Assembly (NCBI GenBank): GCA_964016885.1
Contig: OZ024744.1
Span: forward strand, 9,238,001 to 9,302,000
Direction of reading: 5' to 3'
Length of the DNA: 64,000 bases
From: Eledone cirrhosa
Taxonomy: Eukaryota
The position numbers were made by a program, and so were the translations under genes. The notes under the pieces are model-generated. The model saw only the letters and a list, made by a program, of their open reading frames with translations. It was not told where the DNA came from and made no database searches. Below, in pieces: positions 18,001-36,000 of the stretch (positions are counted from its first letter, which is position 1; each line of letters starts with the position of its first letter).

Positions 18001-21000
18001 CAACAACAACAGCGGCACCAATGTCTACAACAACAACAACAGCGGCACCAATGTCTACAACAACAACAACAGCGGCACCAATGTCTACAACAACAACAAC
18101 ACCGGCACCAATGTCTACAACAACAACAACAACACCGGTACCAATGTCTACAACAACAACAACAGCGGCACCAATGTCTACAACAACAACAACACCGGCA
18201 CCAATGTCTACAACAACAACAGTGGCACCAATGTCTACAACAACAACAACACCGGCACCAATGTCTACAACAACAACAACACCGGCACCAATGTCTACAA
18301 CAACAACAACAACAGCAGCACCAATGTCTACAACAACAACAACAACTCCGGCACCAATGTCTACAACAACAACAGCGGCACCAATGTCTACAACAACAAC
18401 AACAGCGGCACCAATGTCTACAACAACAACAACAGCGGCACCAATGTCTACAACAACAACAACAGCGGCACCAATGTCTACAACAACAACAACAGCGGCA
18501 CCAATGTCTACAACAACAACAACAACACCGGCACCAATGTCTACAACAACAACAACAGCGGCACCAATGTCTACAACAACAACAACAACACCGGCACCAA
18601 TGTCTACAACAACAACAACAGCGGCACCAATGTCTACAACAACAGCAACAACAGCGGCACCAATGTCTACAACAACAACAGCGGCACCAATGTCTACAAC
18701 AACAACAACAACACCGGCACCAATGTCTACAACAACAACAACAGCGGCACCAATGTCTACAACAACAACAACAGCGGCACCAATGTCTACAACAACAACA
18801 ACAGCGGCACCAATGTCTACAACAACAGCAACAACAGCGGCACCAATGTCTACAACAACAACAGCGGCACCAATGTCTACAACAACAACAATAACAGCGG
18901 CACCAATGTCTACAACAACAACAACAGCGGCACCAATGTCTACAACAACAGCAACAACAGCGGCACCAGTGTCTACAACAACAACAGCGGCACCAATGTC
19001 TACAACAACATCAACACCGGCACCAATGTCTACAACAACAACAACAGCGGCACCAATGTCTACAACAACAACAACAGCGGCACCAATGTCTACAACAACA
19101 ACAACAGCGGCACCAATGTCTACAACAACAACAACAACAGCGGCACCAATGTCTACAACAACAACAACAACACCGGCACCAATTTCTACAACAACAACAA
19201 CAGCGGCACCAATGTCTACAACAACAACAACAGCGGCACCAATGTCTACAACAACAACAACACCGGCACCAATGGCTACAACAACAACAACAGCGGCACC
19301 AATGTCTACAACAACAACAACAGCGGCACCAATGTCTACAACAACAACAACAACAGCGGCACCAATGTCTACAACAACAACAACAACAACGGCACCAATG
19401 TATACAACAACAACAACAGCGGCACCAATGTCTACAACAACAACAACAACACCGGCACCAATGTCTACAACAACAACAACAGCGGCACCAATGTCTACAA
19501 CAACAGCAACAACAGCGGCACCAGTGTCTACAACAACAACAGCGGCACCAATGTCTACAACAACAACAACACCGGCACCAATGTCTACAACAACAACAAC
19601 AACAGCGGCACCAATGTCTACAACAACAACAACAGCGGCACCAATGTCTACAACAACAACAACAGCGGCACCAATGTCTACAACAACAACAACAGCGGCA
19701 CCAATGTCTACAACAACAACAACAGCGGCACCAATGTCTACAACAACAACAACACCGGCACCAATGTCTACAACAACAACAACAACAGCGGCACCAATGT
19801 CTACAACAACAACAACAGCGGCACCAATGTCTACAACAACAACAACATCGGCACCAATGTCTACAACAACAACAACAGCGGCACCAATGTCTACAACAAC
19901 AACAACACCGGCACCAATGTCTACAACAACAACAGTGGCACCAATGTCTACAACAACAACAACAGCGGCACCAATGTCTACAACAACAACAACAGCGGCA
20001 CCAATGTCTACAACAACAACAACACCGGCACCAATGTCTACAACAACAACAGTGGCACCAATGTCTACAACAACAGCAACAACAGCGGCACCAATGTCTA
20101 CAACAACAACAACAGCGGCACCAATGTCTACAACAACAGCAACAGCGGCACCAATGTCTACAACAACAACAACAGCGGCACCAATGTCTACAACAACAAC
20201 AACAGCGGCACCAATGTCTACAACAACAACAACAGCGGCACCAATGTCTACAACAACAACAACAGCGGCACCAATGTCTACAACAACAACAACAGCGGCA
20301 CCAATGTCTACAACAACAACAACAGCGGCACCAATGTCTACAACAACAGCAACAGCGGCACCAATGTCTACAACAACAGCAACAGCGGCACCAATGTCTA
20401 CAACAACAACAACAGCGGCACCAATATCTACAACACCAACAACAGCGGCACCAATGTCTACAACAACAACAACAGCGGCACCAATGTCTACAACAACAAC
20501 AACAGCGGCACCAATGTCTACAACAACAACAACAACACCGGCACCAATGTCTACAACAACAACAACAGCGGCACCAATGTCTACAACAACAACAACAACA
20601 CCGGCACCAAAGTCTACAACAACAACAACAGCGGCACCAATATCTACAACAACAACAACAGCGGCACCAATGTCTACAACAACAACAACACCGGCACCAA
20701 TGTCTACAACAACAACAACAGCGGCACCAATGTCTACAACAACAACAACAGCGGCACCAACGTCTACAACAACAACAACAGCGGCACCAGTGTCTACAAA
20801 AACAACAACAGCGGCACCAATGTCTACAACAACAACAACAGCGGCACCAATGTCTACAACAACAACAACAACAGCAGCACCAATGTCTACAACAACAACA
20901 ACAGCGGCACCAATGTCTACAACAACAACAACAACAGCAGCACCAATGTCTACAACAACAACAACAACTCCGGCACCAATGTCTACAACAACAACAGCGG

Positions 21001-24000
21001 CACCAATGTCTACAACAACAACAACAGCGGCACCAATGTCTACAACAACAACAACAGCGGCACCAATGTCTACAACAACAACAACACCGGCACCAATGTC
21101 TACAACAACAACAACAACACCGGCACCAATGTCTACAACAACAACAACAGCGGCACCAATGTCTACAACAACAACAACACCGGCACCAATGTCTACAACA
21201 ACAACAGTGGCACCAATGTCTACAACAACAACAACACCGGCACCAATGTCTACAACAACAACAACACCGGCACCAATGTCTACAACAACAACAACAACAA
21301 CAGCAGCACCAATGTCTACAACAACAACAACAACTCCGGCACCAATGTCTACAACAACAACAGCGGCACCAATGTCTACAACAACAACAACGGCGGCACC
21401 AATGTCTACAACAACAACAACAACAGCGTTACCAATGTCTACAACAACAACAACAGCGGCACCAATGTCTACAACAACAACAACAGCGGCACCAATGTCT
21501 ACAACAACAACAACAACACCGGCACCAATGTCTACAACAACAACAACAGCGGCACCAATGTCTACAACAACAACAACAACACCGGCACCAATGTCTACAA
21601 CAACAACAACAGCGGCACCAATGTCTACAACAACAGCAACAACAGCGGCACCAATGTCTACAACAACAACAGCGGCACCAATGTCTACAACAACAACAAC
21701 AACACCGGCACCAATGTCTACAACAACAACAACAGCGGCACCAATGTCTACAACAACAACAACAGCGGCATCAATGTCTACAACAACAACAACAGCGGCA
21801 CCAATGTCTACAACAACAGCAACAACAGCGGCACCAATGTCTACAACAACAACAATAACAGCGGCACCAATGTCTACAACAACAACAACAGCGGCACCAA
21901 TGTCTACAACAACAGCAACAACAACGGCACCAGTGTCTACAACAACAACAGCGGCACCAATGTCTACAACAACATCAACACCGGCACCAATGTCTACAAC
22001 AACAACAACAGCGGCACCAATGTCTACAACAACAACAACAGCGGCACCAATGTCTACAACAACAACAACAGCGGCACCAATGTCTACAACAACAACAACA
22101 ACAGCGGCACCAATGTCTACAACAACAACAACAACACCGGCACCAATTTCTACAACAACAACAACAGCGGCACAAATGTCTACAACAACAACAACAGCGG
22201 CACCAATGTCTACAACAACAACAACACCGGCACCAATGTCTACAACAACAACAACAGCGGCACCAATGTCTACAACAACAACAACAGCGGCACCAATGTC
22301 TACAACAACAACAACAACAGCGGCACCAATGTCTACAACAACAACAACAACAACGGCACCAATGTCTACAACAACAACAACAGCGGCACCAATGTCTACA
22401 ACAACAACAACAACACCGGCACCAATGTCTACAACAACAACAACAGCGGCACCAATGTCTACAACAACAGCAACAACAGCGGCACCAGTGTCTACAACAA
22501 CAACAGCGGCACCAATGTCTACAACAACAACAACACCGGCACCAATGTCTACAACAACAACAACAACAGCGGCACCAATGTCTACAACAACAACAACAGC
22601 GGCACCAATGTCTACAACAACAACAACAGCGGCACCAATGTCTACAACAACAACAACAGCGGCACCAATGTCTACAACAACAACAACAGCGGCACCAATG
22701 TCTACAACAACAACAACACCGGCACCAATGTCTACAACAACAACAACAACAGCGGCACCAATGTCTACAACAACAACAACAGCGGCACCAATGTCTACAA
22801 CAACAACAACACCGGCACCAATGTCTACAACAACAACAACAGCGGCACCAATGTCTACAACAACAACAACAGCGGCACCAATGTCTACAACAACAACAAC
22901 AGCGGCACCAATGTCTACAACAACAACACCGGCACCAATGTCTACAACAACAACAACAGCGGCACTAATGTCTACAACAACAACAACAACAGCGGTACCA
23001 ATGTCTACAACAACAACAACAACAGCGGCACCAATGTCTACAACAACAACACGGGCACCAATGTCTACAACAACAACAACAGCGGCACCAATGTCTACAA
23101 CAACAACAACACCGGCACCAATGTCTACAACAACAACAACAGCGGCACCAATGTCTACAACAACAACAACACCGGCACCAATGTCTACAACAACAACAAC
23201 AGCGGCACCAATGTCTACAACAACAACAACAGCGGCACCAATGTCTACAACAACAACAACACAGGCACCAATGTCTACAACAACAACAACACAGGCACCA
23301 ATGTCTACAACAACAACAACAGCGGCACCAATGTCTACAACAACAACAACAGCGGCACCAATGTCTACAACAACAACAACAACAGCGGCACCAATGTCTA
23401 CAACAACAACAACACCGGCACCAATGTCTACAACAACAACAACAGCGGCACCAATGTCTACAACAACAACAACAGCGGCACCAATGTCTACAACAACAAC
23501 AACAGCGGCACCAATGTCTACAACAACAACAACAGCGGCACCAATGTCTACAACAACAACAACAACAGCGGCACCAATGTCTACAACAACAACAACACAG
23601 GCACCAATGTCTACAACAACAACAACACAGGCACCAATGTCTACAACAACAACAACACCGGCACCAATGTCTACAACAACAACATCAGCGGCACCAATGT
23701 CTACAACAACAACAACACCGGCACCAACGTCTACAACAACAACAACAGCGGCACCAATGTCTACAACAACAACAACACCGGCACCAATATCTACAACAAC
23801 AACAACAGCGGCACCAATGTCTACAACAACAACAACAGCGGCACCAATGTCTACAACAACAACAACAACAGCGGCACCAATGTCTACAACAACAACAACA
23901 ACACCGGCACCAATGTCTACAACAACAGCAACAACAGCGGCACCAATGTCTACAACAACAACAACAACAGCGGCACCAATGTCTACAACAACAACAACAA

Positions 24001-27000
24001 CAACACCGGCACCAATGTCTACAACAACAACAACACCGGCACCAATGTCTACAACAACAACAACAGCGGCACCAATGTCTACAACAACAACAACAACAGC
24101 GGCACCAATGTCTACAACAACAACAACAGCGGCACCAATGTCTACAACAACAACAACAACAGCGGCACCAATGTCTACAACAACAACAACAACAGCGGCA
24201 CCAATGTCTACAACAACAACAACAACACCGGCACCAATGTCTACAACAACAGCAACAACAGCGGCACCAATGTCTACAACAACAACAACAACACCGGCAC
24301 CAATGTCTACAACAACAACAACAACACCGGCACCAATGTCTACAACAACAGCAACAACAGCGGCACCAATGTCTACAACAACAACAACAACACCGGCACC
24401 AATGTCTACAACAACAGCAACAACAGCGGCACCAATGTCTACAACAACAACAACAACACCGGCACCAATGTCTACAACAACAACAACAACAGCGGCACCA
24501 ATGTCTACAACAACAACAACAACACCGGCACCAATGTCTACAACAACAACAACAACACCGGCACCAATGTCTACAACAACAACAACAACAGCGGCACCAA
24601 TGTCTACAACAACAACAACAACACCGGCACCAATGTCTACAACAACAACAACAACACCGGCACCAATGTCTACAACAACAGCAACAACAGCGGCACCAAT
24701 GTCTACAACAACAACAACAACACCGGCACCAATGTCTACAACAACAGCAACAACAGCGGCACCAATGTCTACAACAACAACAACAACACCGGCACCAATG
24801 TCTACAACAACAACAACAACAGCGGCACCAATGTCTACAACAACAACAACAACACCGGCACCAATGTCTACAACAACAACAACAACACCGGCACCAATGT
24901 CTACAACAACAACAACAACAGCGGCACCAATGTCTACAACAACAACAACAACACCGGCACCAATGTCTACAACAACAACAACAACACCGGCACCAATGTC
25001 TACAACAACAACAACAGCGGCACCAATGTCTACAACAACAACAACAACAGCGGCACCAATGTCTACAACAACAACAACAACAGCGGCACCAATGTCTACA
25101 ACAACAACAACAACACCGGCACCAATGTCTACAACAACAACAACAGCGGCACCAATGTCTACAACAACAACAACAACAGCGGCACCAATGTCTACAACAA
25201 CAACAACAACAACAACAGCGGCACCAATGTCTACAACAACAACAACAACAGCGGCACCAATGTCTACAACAACAACAACAACAGCGGCACCAATGTCTAC
25301 AACAACAACAACAACACCGGCACCAATGTCTACAACAACAACAACAACAGCGGCACCAATGTCTACAACAACAACAACAGCGGCACCAATGTCTACAACA
25401 ACAACAACAACAACAACAGCGGCACCAATGTCTACAACAACAACAACAACAGCGGCACCAATGTCTACAACAACAACAATAACAGCGGCACCAATGTCTA
25501 CAACAACAACAACAGCGGCACCAATGTCTACAACAACAACAACAACACCGGCACCAATGTCTACAACAACAATAACAACAGCGGCACCAATGTCTACAAC
25601 AACAACAACAACACCGGCACCAATGTCTACAACAACAACAACAGCGGCACCAATGTCTACAACAACAACAACAACAGCGGCACCAATGTCTACAACAACA
25701 ACAACAACAGCGGCACCAATGTCTACAACAACAACAACAACAGCGGCACCAATGTCTACAACAACAACAACAACAGCGGCACCAATGTCTACAACAACAA
25801 CAACAACACCGGCACCAATGTCTACAACAACAACAACAGCGGCACCAATGTCTACAACAACAACAACAGCGGCACCAATGTCTACAACAACAACAACAAC
25901 AACAACAGCGGCACCAATGTCTACAACAACAACAACAACAACAACAGCGGCACCAATGTCTACAACAACAACAACAACAGCGGCACCAATGTCTACAACA
26001 ACAACAATAACAGCGGCACCAATGTCTACAACAACAACAATAACAGCGGCACCAATGTCTACAACAACAACAACAACAACAACAGCGGCACCAATGTCTA
26101 CAACAACAACAACAGCGGCACCAATGTCTACAACAACAACAACAACACCGGCACCAATGTCTACAACAACAATAACAACAGCGGCACCAATGTCTACAAC
26201 AACAACAACAACACCGGCACCAATGTCTACAACAACAACAACAGCGGCACCAATGTCTACAACAACAACAACAACAGCGGCACCAATGTCTACAACAACA
26301 ACAACAACAGCGGCACCAATGTCTACAACAACAACAACATCAGCGGCACCAATGTCTACAACAACAACAACAACAGCGGCACCAATGTCTACAACAACAA
26401 CAACAACACCGGCACCAATGTCTACAACAACAACAACAACACCGGCACCAATGTCTACAACAACAACAACAACAACAACAGCGGCACCAATGTCTACAAC
26501 AACAACAACAACAACAGCGGCACCAATGTCTACAACAACAACAACAACAGCGGCACCAATGTCTACAACAACAACAACAACAACAACAGCGGCACCAATG
26601 TCTACAACAACAACAACAACAGCGGCACCAATGTCTACAACAACAACAACAACACCGGCACCAATGTCTACAACAACAACAAAAGCGGCACCAATGTCTA
26701 CAACAACAACAACAACACCGGCACCAATGTCTACAACAACAACAAAAGCGGCACCAATGTCTACAACAACAACAACAACACCGGCACCAATGTCTACAAC
26801 AACAACAACAACAGCGGCACCAATGTCTACAACAACAACAACAGCGGCACCAATGTCTACAACAACAACAACAACAGCGGCACCAATGTCTACAACAACA
26901 ACAACAACACCGGCACCAATGTCTACAACAACAACAACAACAGTGGCACCAATGTCTACAACAACAACAACAGCGGCACCAATGTCTACAACAACAACAA

Positions 27001-30000
27001 CAACACCGGCACCAATGTCTACAACAACAACAACAACAGCGGCACCAATGTCTACAACAACAACAACAGCGGCACCAATGTCTACAACAACAACAACAAC
27101 AGCGGCACCAATGTCTACAACAACAACAACAACAACAACAGCGGCACCAATGTCTACAACAACAACAACAACACCGGCACCAATGTCTACAACAACAACA
27201 ACAACAGCGGCACCAATGTCTACAACAACAACAACAGCGGCACCAATGTCTACAACAACAACAACAACAACAACAGCGGCACCAATGTCTACAACAACAA
27301 CAACAACAGCGGCACCAATGTCTACAACAACAACAATAACAGCGGCACCAATGTCTACAACAACAACAACAGCGGCACCAATGTCTACAACAACAACAAC
27401 AACACCGGCACCAATGTCTACAACAACAATAACAACAGCGGCACCAATGTCTACAACAACAACAACAACACCGGCACCAATGTCTACAACAACAACAATA
27501 ACGGCACCAATGTCTACAACAACAACAACAACAGCGGCACCAATGTCTACAACAACAACAACAACAGCGGCACCAATGTCTACAACAACAACAACAACAG
27601 CGGCACCAATGTCTACAACAACAACAACAACAGCGGCACCAATGTCTACAACAACAACAACAACACCGGCACCAATGTCTACAACAACAACAACAGCGGC
27701 ACCAATGTCTACAACAACAACAACAGCGGCACCAATGTCTACAACAACAACAACAACAACAACAGCGGCACCAATGTCTACAACAACAACAACAACAACA
27801 ACAGCGGCACCAATGTCTACAACAACAACAACAACAGCGGCACCAATGTCTACAACAACAACAATAACAGCGGCACCAATGTCTACAACAACAACAATAA
27901 CAGCGGCACCAATGTCTACAACAACAACAACAACAATAACAGCGGCACCAATGTCTACAACAACAACAACAGCGGCACCAATGTCTACAACAACAACAAC
28001 AACACCGGCACCAATGTCTACAACAACAATAACAACAGCGGCACCAATGTCTACAACAACAACAACAACACCGGCACCAATGTCTACAACAACAACAACA
28101 GCGGCACCAATGTCTACAACAACAACAACAACAGCGGCACCAATGTCTACAACAACAACAACAACAGCGACACCAATGTCTACAACAACAACAACAACAG
28201 CGGCACCAATGTCTACAACAACAACAACAACACCGGCACCAATGTCTACAACAACAACAAAAGCGGCACCAAGGTCTACAACAACAACAACAACACCGGC
28301 ACCAATGTCTACAACAACAACAACAACAGCGGCACCAATGTCTACAACAACAACAACAGCGGCACCAATGTCTACAACAACAACAACAACAGCGGCACCA
28401 ATGTCTACAACAACAACAACAACACCGGCACCAATGTCTACAACAACAACAACAACAACAACAGCGGCACCAATGTCTACAACAACAACAACACCGGCAC
28501 CAATGTCTACAACAACAACAACAGCGGCACCAATGTCTACAACAACAACAACAGCGGCACCAATGTCTACAACAACAACAACAACACCGGCACCAATGTC
28601 TACAACAACTACAACAACAGCAGCACCAAGGTCTACAACAACAACAACAACTCCGGCACCAATGTCTACAACAACAACAGCGGCACCAATGTCTACAACA
28701 ACAACAACAGCGGCACCAATGTCTACAACAACAACAACAGCGGCACCAATGTCTACAACAACAACAACACCGGCACCAATGTCTACAACAACAACAACAA
28801 CACCGGCACCAATGTCTACAACAACAACAACAGCGGCACCAATGTCTACAACAACAACAACACCGGCACCAATGTCTACAACAACAACAGTGGCACCAAT
28901 GTCTACAACAACAACAACAACACCGGCACCAATGTCTACAACAACAACAACACCGGCACCAATGTCTACAACAACAACAACAACAGCAGCACCAATGTCT
29001 ACAACAACAACTCCGGCACCAATGTCTACAACAACAACAGCGGCACCAATGTCTACAACAACAACAACAGCGGCACCAATGTCTACAACAACAACAACAG
29101 CGGCACCAATGTCTACCACAACAACAACAGCGGCACCAATGTCTACAACAACAACAACAGCGGCACCAATGTCTACAACAACAACAACAACACCGGCACC
29201 AATGTCTACAACAACAACAACAGCGGCACCAATGTCTACAACAACAACAACAACACCGGCACCAATGTCTACAACAACAACAACAGCGGCACCAATGTCT
29301 ACAACAACAGCAACAACAGCGGCACCAATGTCTACAACAACAACAGCGGCACCAATGTCTACAACAACAACAACAACACCGGCACCAATGTCTACAACAA
29401 CAACAACAGCGGCACCAATGTCTACAACAACAACAACAGCGGCACCAATGTCTACAACAACAACAACAGCGGCACCAATGTCTACAACAACAACAACAAC
29501 AGCGGCACCAATGTCTACAACAACAACAGCGGCACCAATGTCTACAACAACAACAATAACAGCGGCACCAATGTCTACAACAACAACAACAGCGGCACCA
29601 ATGTCTACAACAACAGCAACAACAGCGGCACCAGTGTCTACAACAACAACAGCGGCACCAATGTCTACAACAACATCAACACCGGCACCAATGTCTACAA
29701 CAACAACAACAGCGGCACCAATGTCTACAACAACAACAACAGCGGCACCAATGTCTACAACAACAACAACAGCGGCACCAATGTCTACAACAACAACAAC
29801 AACAGCGGCACCAATGTCTACAACAACAACAACAACACCGGCATCAATGTCTACAACAACAACAACAGCGGCACCAATGTCTACAACAACAACAACACCG
29901 GCACCAATGTCTACAACAACAACAACAGCGGCTCCAATGTCTACAACAACAACAACAGCGGCACCAATGTCTACAACAACAACAACAACAGCGGCACCAA

Positions 30001-33000
30001 TGTCTACAACAACAACAACAACAACGGCACCAATGTCTACAACAACAACAACAGCGGCACCAATGTCTACAACAACAACAACAACACCGGCACCAATGTC
30101 TACAACAACAACAACAGCGGCACCAATGTCTACAACAACAGCAACAACAGCGGCACCAGTGTCTACAACAACAACAGCGGCACCAATGTCTACAACAACA
30201 ACAACACCGGCACCAATGTCTACAACAACAACAACAACAGCGGCACCAATGTCTACAACAACAACAACAGCGGCACCAATGTCTACAACAACAACAACAG
30301 CGGCACCAATGTCTACAACAACAACAACAGCGGCACCAATGTCTACAACAACAACAACACCGGCACCAATGTCTACAACAACAACAACAACAGCGGCACC
30401 AATGTCTACAACAACAACAACAGCGGCACCAATGTCTACAACAACAACAACACCGGCACCAATGTCTACAACAACAACAACAGCGGCACCAATGTCTACA
30501 ACAACAACAACAGCGGCACCAATGTCTACAACAACAACAACAGCGGCACCAATGTCTACAACAACAACACCGGCACCAATGTCTACAACAACAACAACAG
30601 CGGCACTAATGTCTACAACAACAACAACAACAGCGGCACCAATGTCTACAACAACAACACGGGCACCAATGTCTACAACAACAACAACAGCGGCACCAAT
30701 GTCTACAACAACAACAAAACCGGCACCAATGTCTACAACAACAACAACAGCGGCACCAATGTCTACAACAACAACAACACCGGCACCAATGTCTACAACA
30801 ACAACAACAGCGGCACCAATGTCTACAACAACAACAACAGCGGCACCAATGTCTACAACAACAACAACACAGGCACCAATGTCTACAACAACAACAACAC
30901 AGGCACCAATGTCTACAACAACAACAACAACAGCGACACCAATGTCTACAACAACAACAACAGCGGCACCAATGTCTACAACAACAACAACAACAACAGC
31001 GGCACCAATGTCTACAACAACAACAACACCGGCACCAATGTCTACAACAACAACGGCACCAATGTCTACAACAACAACAACAGCGGCACCAATGTCTACA
31101 ACAACAACAACACCGGCACCAATGTCTACAACAACAACAACAGCGGCACCAATGCCTACAACAACAACAACAGCGGCACCAATGTCTACAACAACAACAA
31201 CAGCGGCACCAATGTCTACAACAACAACAACAGCGGCACCAATGTCTACAACAACAACAGCGGCACCAATGTCTACAACAACAACAACAGCGGCACCAAT
31301 ATCTACAACAACAACAACAGCGGCACCAATGTCTACAACAACAACAACACCAGCACCAATGTCTACAACAACAACAACAGCAGCACCAATGTCTACAACA
31401 ACAACAACAGCGGCACCAATGTCTACAACAACAGCAACAACAGCGGCACCAATGTCTACAACAACAACAGCGGCAAAAATGTCTACAACAACAACAACAC
31501 CGGCACCAATGTCTACAACAACAACAACAGCGGCACCAATGTCTACAACAACAACAACAACACCGGCATCAATGTCTACAACAACAACAACACCGGCACC
31601 AACGTCTACAACAACAACAACAGGGGCACCAATGTCTACAACAACAATAACACCGGCACCAATGTCTACAACAACAACAACAGCGGCACCAATGTCTACA
31701 ACAACAACAACAGGGGCACCAATGTCTACAACAACAACAACAGCGGCACCAGTGTCTACAACAACAACAGCGGCACCAATGTCTACAACAACAACAACAC
31801 CGGCACCAATGTCTACAACAACAACAACAGCGGCACCAATGTCTACAACAACAACAACACCGGCACCAATATCTACAACAACAACAACAGCGGCACCAGT
31901 GTCTACAACAACAACAACAGGGGCACCAACGTCTACAACAACAACAACAGGGGCACCAATGTCTACAACAACAACAACAGCGGCACCAATGTCTACAACA
32001 ACAACAACAGCGGCACCAATGTCTACAACAACAACAACAGCGGCACCAATGTCTACAACAACAACAACAGCGGCACCAATGTCTACAACAACAACAACAA
32101 CAGCGGCACCAATGTCTACAACAACAACAACAGCGGCACCAATGTCTACAACAACAACAACAACAGCGGCACCAATGTCTACAACAACAACAACAGCGGC
32201 ACCAATGTCTACAACAACAACAACAACAGCGGCACCAATGTCTACAACAACAACAACAGCGGCACCAATGTCTACAACAACAACAACAACAGCGGCACCA
32301 ATGTCTACAACAACAACAACAACACCGGCACCAATATCTACAACAACAACAACACCGGCACCAATGTCTACAACAACAACAACAGCGGCACCAATGTCTA
32401 CAACAACAACAACAACACCGGCACCAATATCTACAACAACAACAACAACAGCGGCACCAATGTCTACAACAACAACAACAACAACAACAGCGGCACCAAT
32501 GTCTACAACAACAACAACACCGGCACCAATGTCTACAACAACAACGGCACCAATGTCTACAACAACAACAACAGCGGCACCAATGTCTACAACAACAACA
32601 ACACCGGCACCAATGTCTACAACAACAACAACAGCGGCACCAATGCCTACAACAACAACAACAGCGGCACCAATGTCTACAACAACAACAACAGCGGCAC
32701 CAATGTCTACAACAACAACAACAGCGGCACCAATGTCTACAACAACAACAGCGGCACCAATGTCTACAACAACAACAACAGCGGCACCAATATCTACAAC
32801 AACAACAACAGCGGCACCAATGTCTACAACAACAACAACACCAGCACCAATGTCTACAACAACAACAACAGCAGCACCAATGTCTACAACAACAACAACA
32901 GCGGCACCAATGTCTACAACAACAACAACACCGGCACCAATGTCTACAACAACAACAACAACAGCGGCACCAACGTCTACAACAACAACATCAGCGGCAC

Positions 33001-36000
33001 CAATGTCTACAACAACAACAACAGCGGCACCAATGTCTACATAAACAACAACAGCGGCACCAATGTCTACAACAACAACAACAGCGGCACCAATGTCTAC
33101 AACAACAACAACAGTGGCACCAATGTCTACAACAACAACAACAGCGGCACCAATGTCTACAACAACAACAACAGCGGCGCCAATGTCTACAACAACAACA
33201 ACAACAGCGGCACCAATGTCTACAACAACAACAACAACAGCGGCACCAATATCTACAACAACAACAACACCGGCACCAATATCTACAACAACAACAACAC
33301 CGGCACCAATGTCTACAACAACAACAACAACAGCGGCACCAATGTCTACAACAACAACAACAACAGCGGCACCAATGTCTACAACAACAACAACAGCGGC
33401 ACCAATGTCTACAACAACAACAACAGCGGCACCAATGTCTACAACAACAACAACACCGGCACCAATGTCTACAACAACAACAACACCGGCACCAATGTCT
33501 ACAACAACAACAACAACAGCAGCACCAATGTCTACAACAACAACTCCGGCACCAATGTCTACAACAACAACAGCGGCACCAATGTCTACAACAACAACAA
33601 CAGCGGCACCAATGTCTACAACAACAACAACAGCGGCACCAATGTCTACCACAACAACAACAGCGGCACCAATGTCTACAACAACAACAACAGCGGCACC
33701 AATGTCTACAACAACAACAACAACACCGGCACCAATGTCTACAACAACAACAACAGCGGCACCAATGTCTACAACAACAACAACAACACCGGCACCAATG
33801 TCTACAACAACAACAACAGCGGCACCAATGTCTACAACAACAGCAACAACAGCGGCACCAATGTCTACAACAACAACAGCGGCACCAATGTCTACAACAA
33901 CAACAACAACACCGGCACCAATGTCTACAACAACAACAACAGCGGCACCAATGTCTACAACAACAACAACAGCGGCACCAATGTCTACAACAACAACAAC
34001 AGCGGCACCAATGTCTACAACAACAACAACAACAGCGGCACCAATGTCTACAACAACAACAGCGGCACCAATGTCTACAACAACAACAATAACAGCGGCA
34101 CCAATGTCTACAACAACAACAACAGCGGCACCAATGTCTACAACAACAGCAACAACAGCGGCACCAGTGTCTACAACAACAACAGCGGCACCAATGTCTA
34201 CAACAACATCAACACCGGCACCAATGTCTACAACAACAACAACAGCGGCACCAATGTCTACAACAACAACAACAGCGGCACCAATGTCTACAACAACAAC
34301 AACAGCGGCACCAATGTCTACAACAACAACAACAACAGCGGCACCAATGTCTACAACAACAACAACAACACCGGCACCAATGTCTACAACAACAACAACA
34401 GCGGCACCAATGTCTACAACAACAACAACAGCGGCACCAATGTCTACAACAACAACAACACCGGCACCAATGTCTACAACAACAACAACAGCGGCACCAA
34501 TGTCTACAACAACAACAACAGCGGCACCAATGTCTACAACAACAACAACAACAGCGGCACCAATGTCTACAACAACAACAACAACAACGGCACCAATGTC
34601 TACAACAACAACAACAGCGGCACCAATGTCTACAACAACAACAACAACACCGGCACCAATGTCTACAACAACAACAACAGCGGCACCAATGTCTACAACA
34701 ACAGCAACAACAGCGGCACCAGTGTCTACAACAACAACAGCGGCACCAATGTCTACAACAACAACAACACCGGCACCAATGTCTACAACAACAACAACAA
34801 CAGCGGCACCAATGTCTACAACAACAACAACAGCGGCACCAATGTCTACAACAACAACAACAGCGGCACCAATGTCTACAACAACAACAACAGCGGCACC
34901 AATGTCTACAACAACAACAACACCGGCACCAATGTCTACAACAACAACAACAACAGCGGCACCAATGTCTACAACAACAACAACAGCGGCACCAATGTCT
35001 ACAACAACAACAACACCGGCACCAATGTCTACAACAACAACAACAGCGGCACCAATGTCTACAACAACAACAACAGCGGCACCAATGTCTACAACAACAA
35101 CAATAGCGGCACCAATGTCTACAACAACAACACCGGCACCAATGTCTACAACAACAACAACAGCGGCACTAATGTCTACAACAACAACAACAACAGCGGC
35201 ACCAATGTCTACAACAACAACACGGGCACCAATGTCTACAACAACAACAACAGCGGCACCAATGTCTACAACAACAACAAAACCGGCACCAATGTCTACA
35301 ACAACAACAACAGCGGCACCAATGTCTACAACAACAACAACACCGGCACCAATGTCTACAACAACAACAACAGCGGCACCAATGTCTACAACAACAACAA
35401 CAGCGGCACCAATGTCTACAACAACAACAACACAGGCACCAATGTCTACAACAACAACAACACAGGCACCAATGTCTACAACAACAACAACAACAGCGGC
35501 ACCAATGTCTACAACAACAACAACAGCGGCACCAATGTCTACAACAACAACAACAACAGCGGCACCAATGTCTACAACAACAACAACACCGGCACCAATG
35601 TCTACAACAACAACGGCACCAATGTCTACAACAACAACAACAGCGGCACCAATGTCTACAACAACAACAACACCGGCACCAATGTCTACAACAACAACAA
35701 CAGCGGCACCAATGCCTACAACAACAACAACAGCGGCACCAATGTCTACAACAACAACAACAGCGGCACCAATGTCTACAACAACAACAACAGCGGCACC
35801 AATGTCTACAACAACAACAGCGGCACCAATGTCTACAACAACAACAACAGCGGCACCAATATCTACAACAACAACAACAGCGGCACCAATGTCTACAACA
35901 ACAACAACACCAGCACCAATGTCTACAACAACAACAACAGCAGCACCAATGTCTACAACAACAACAACAGCGGCACCAATGTCTACAACAACAGCAACAA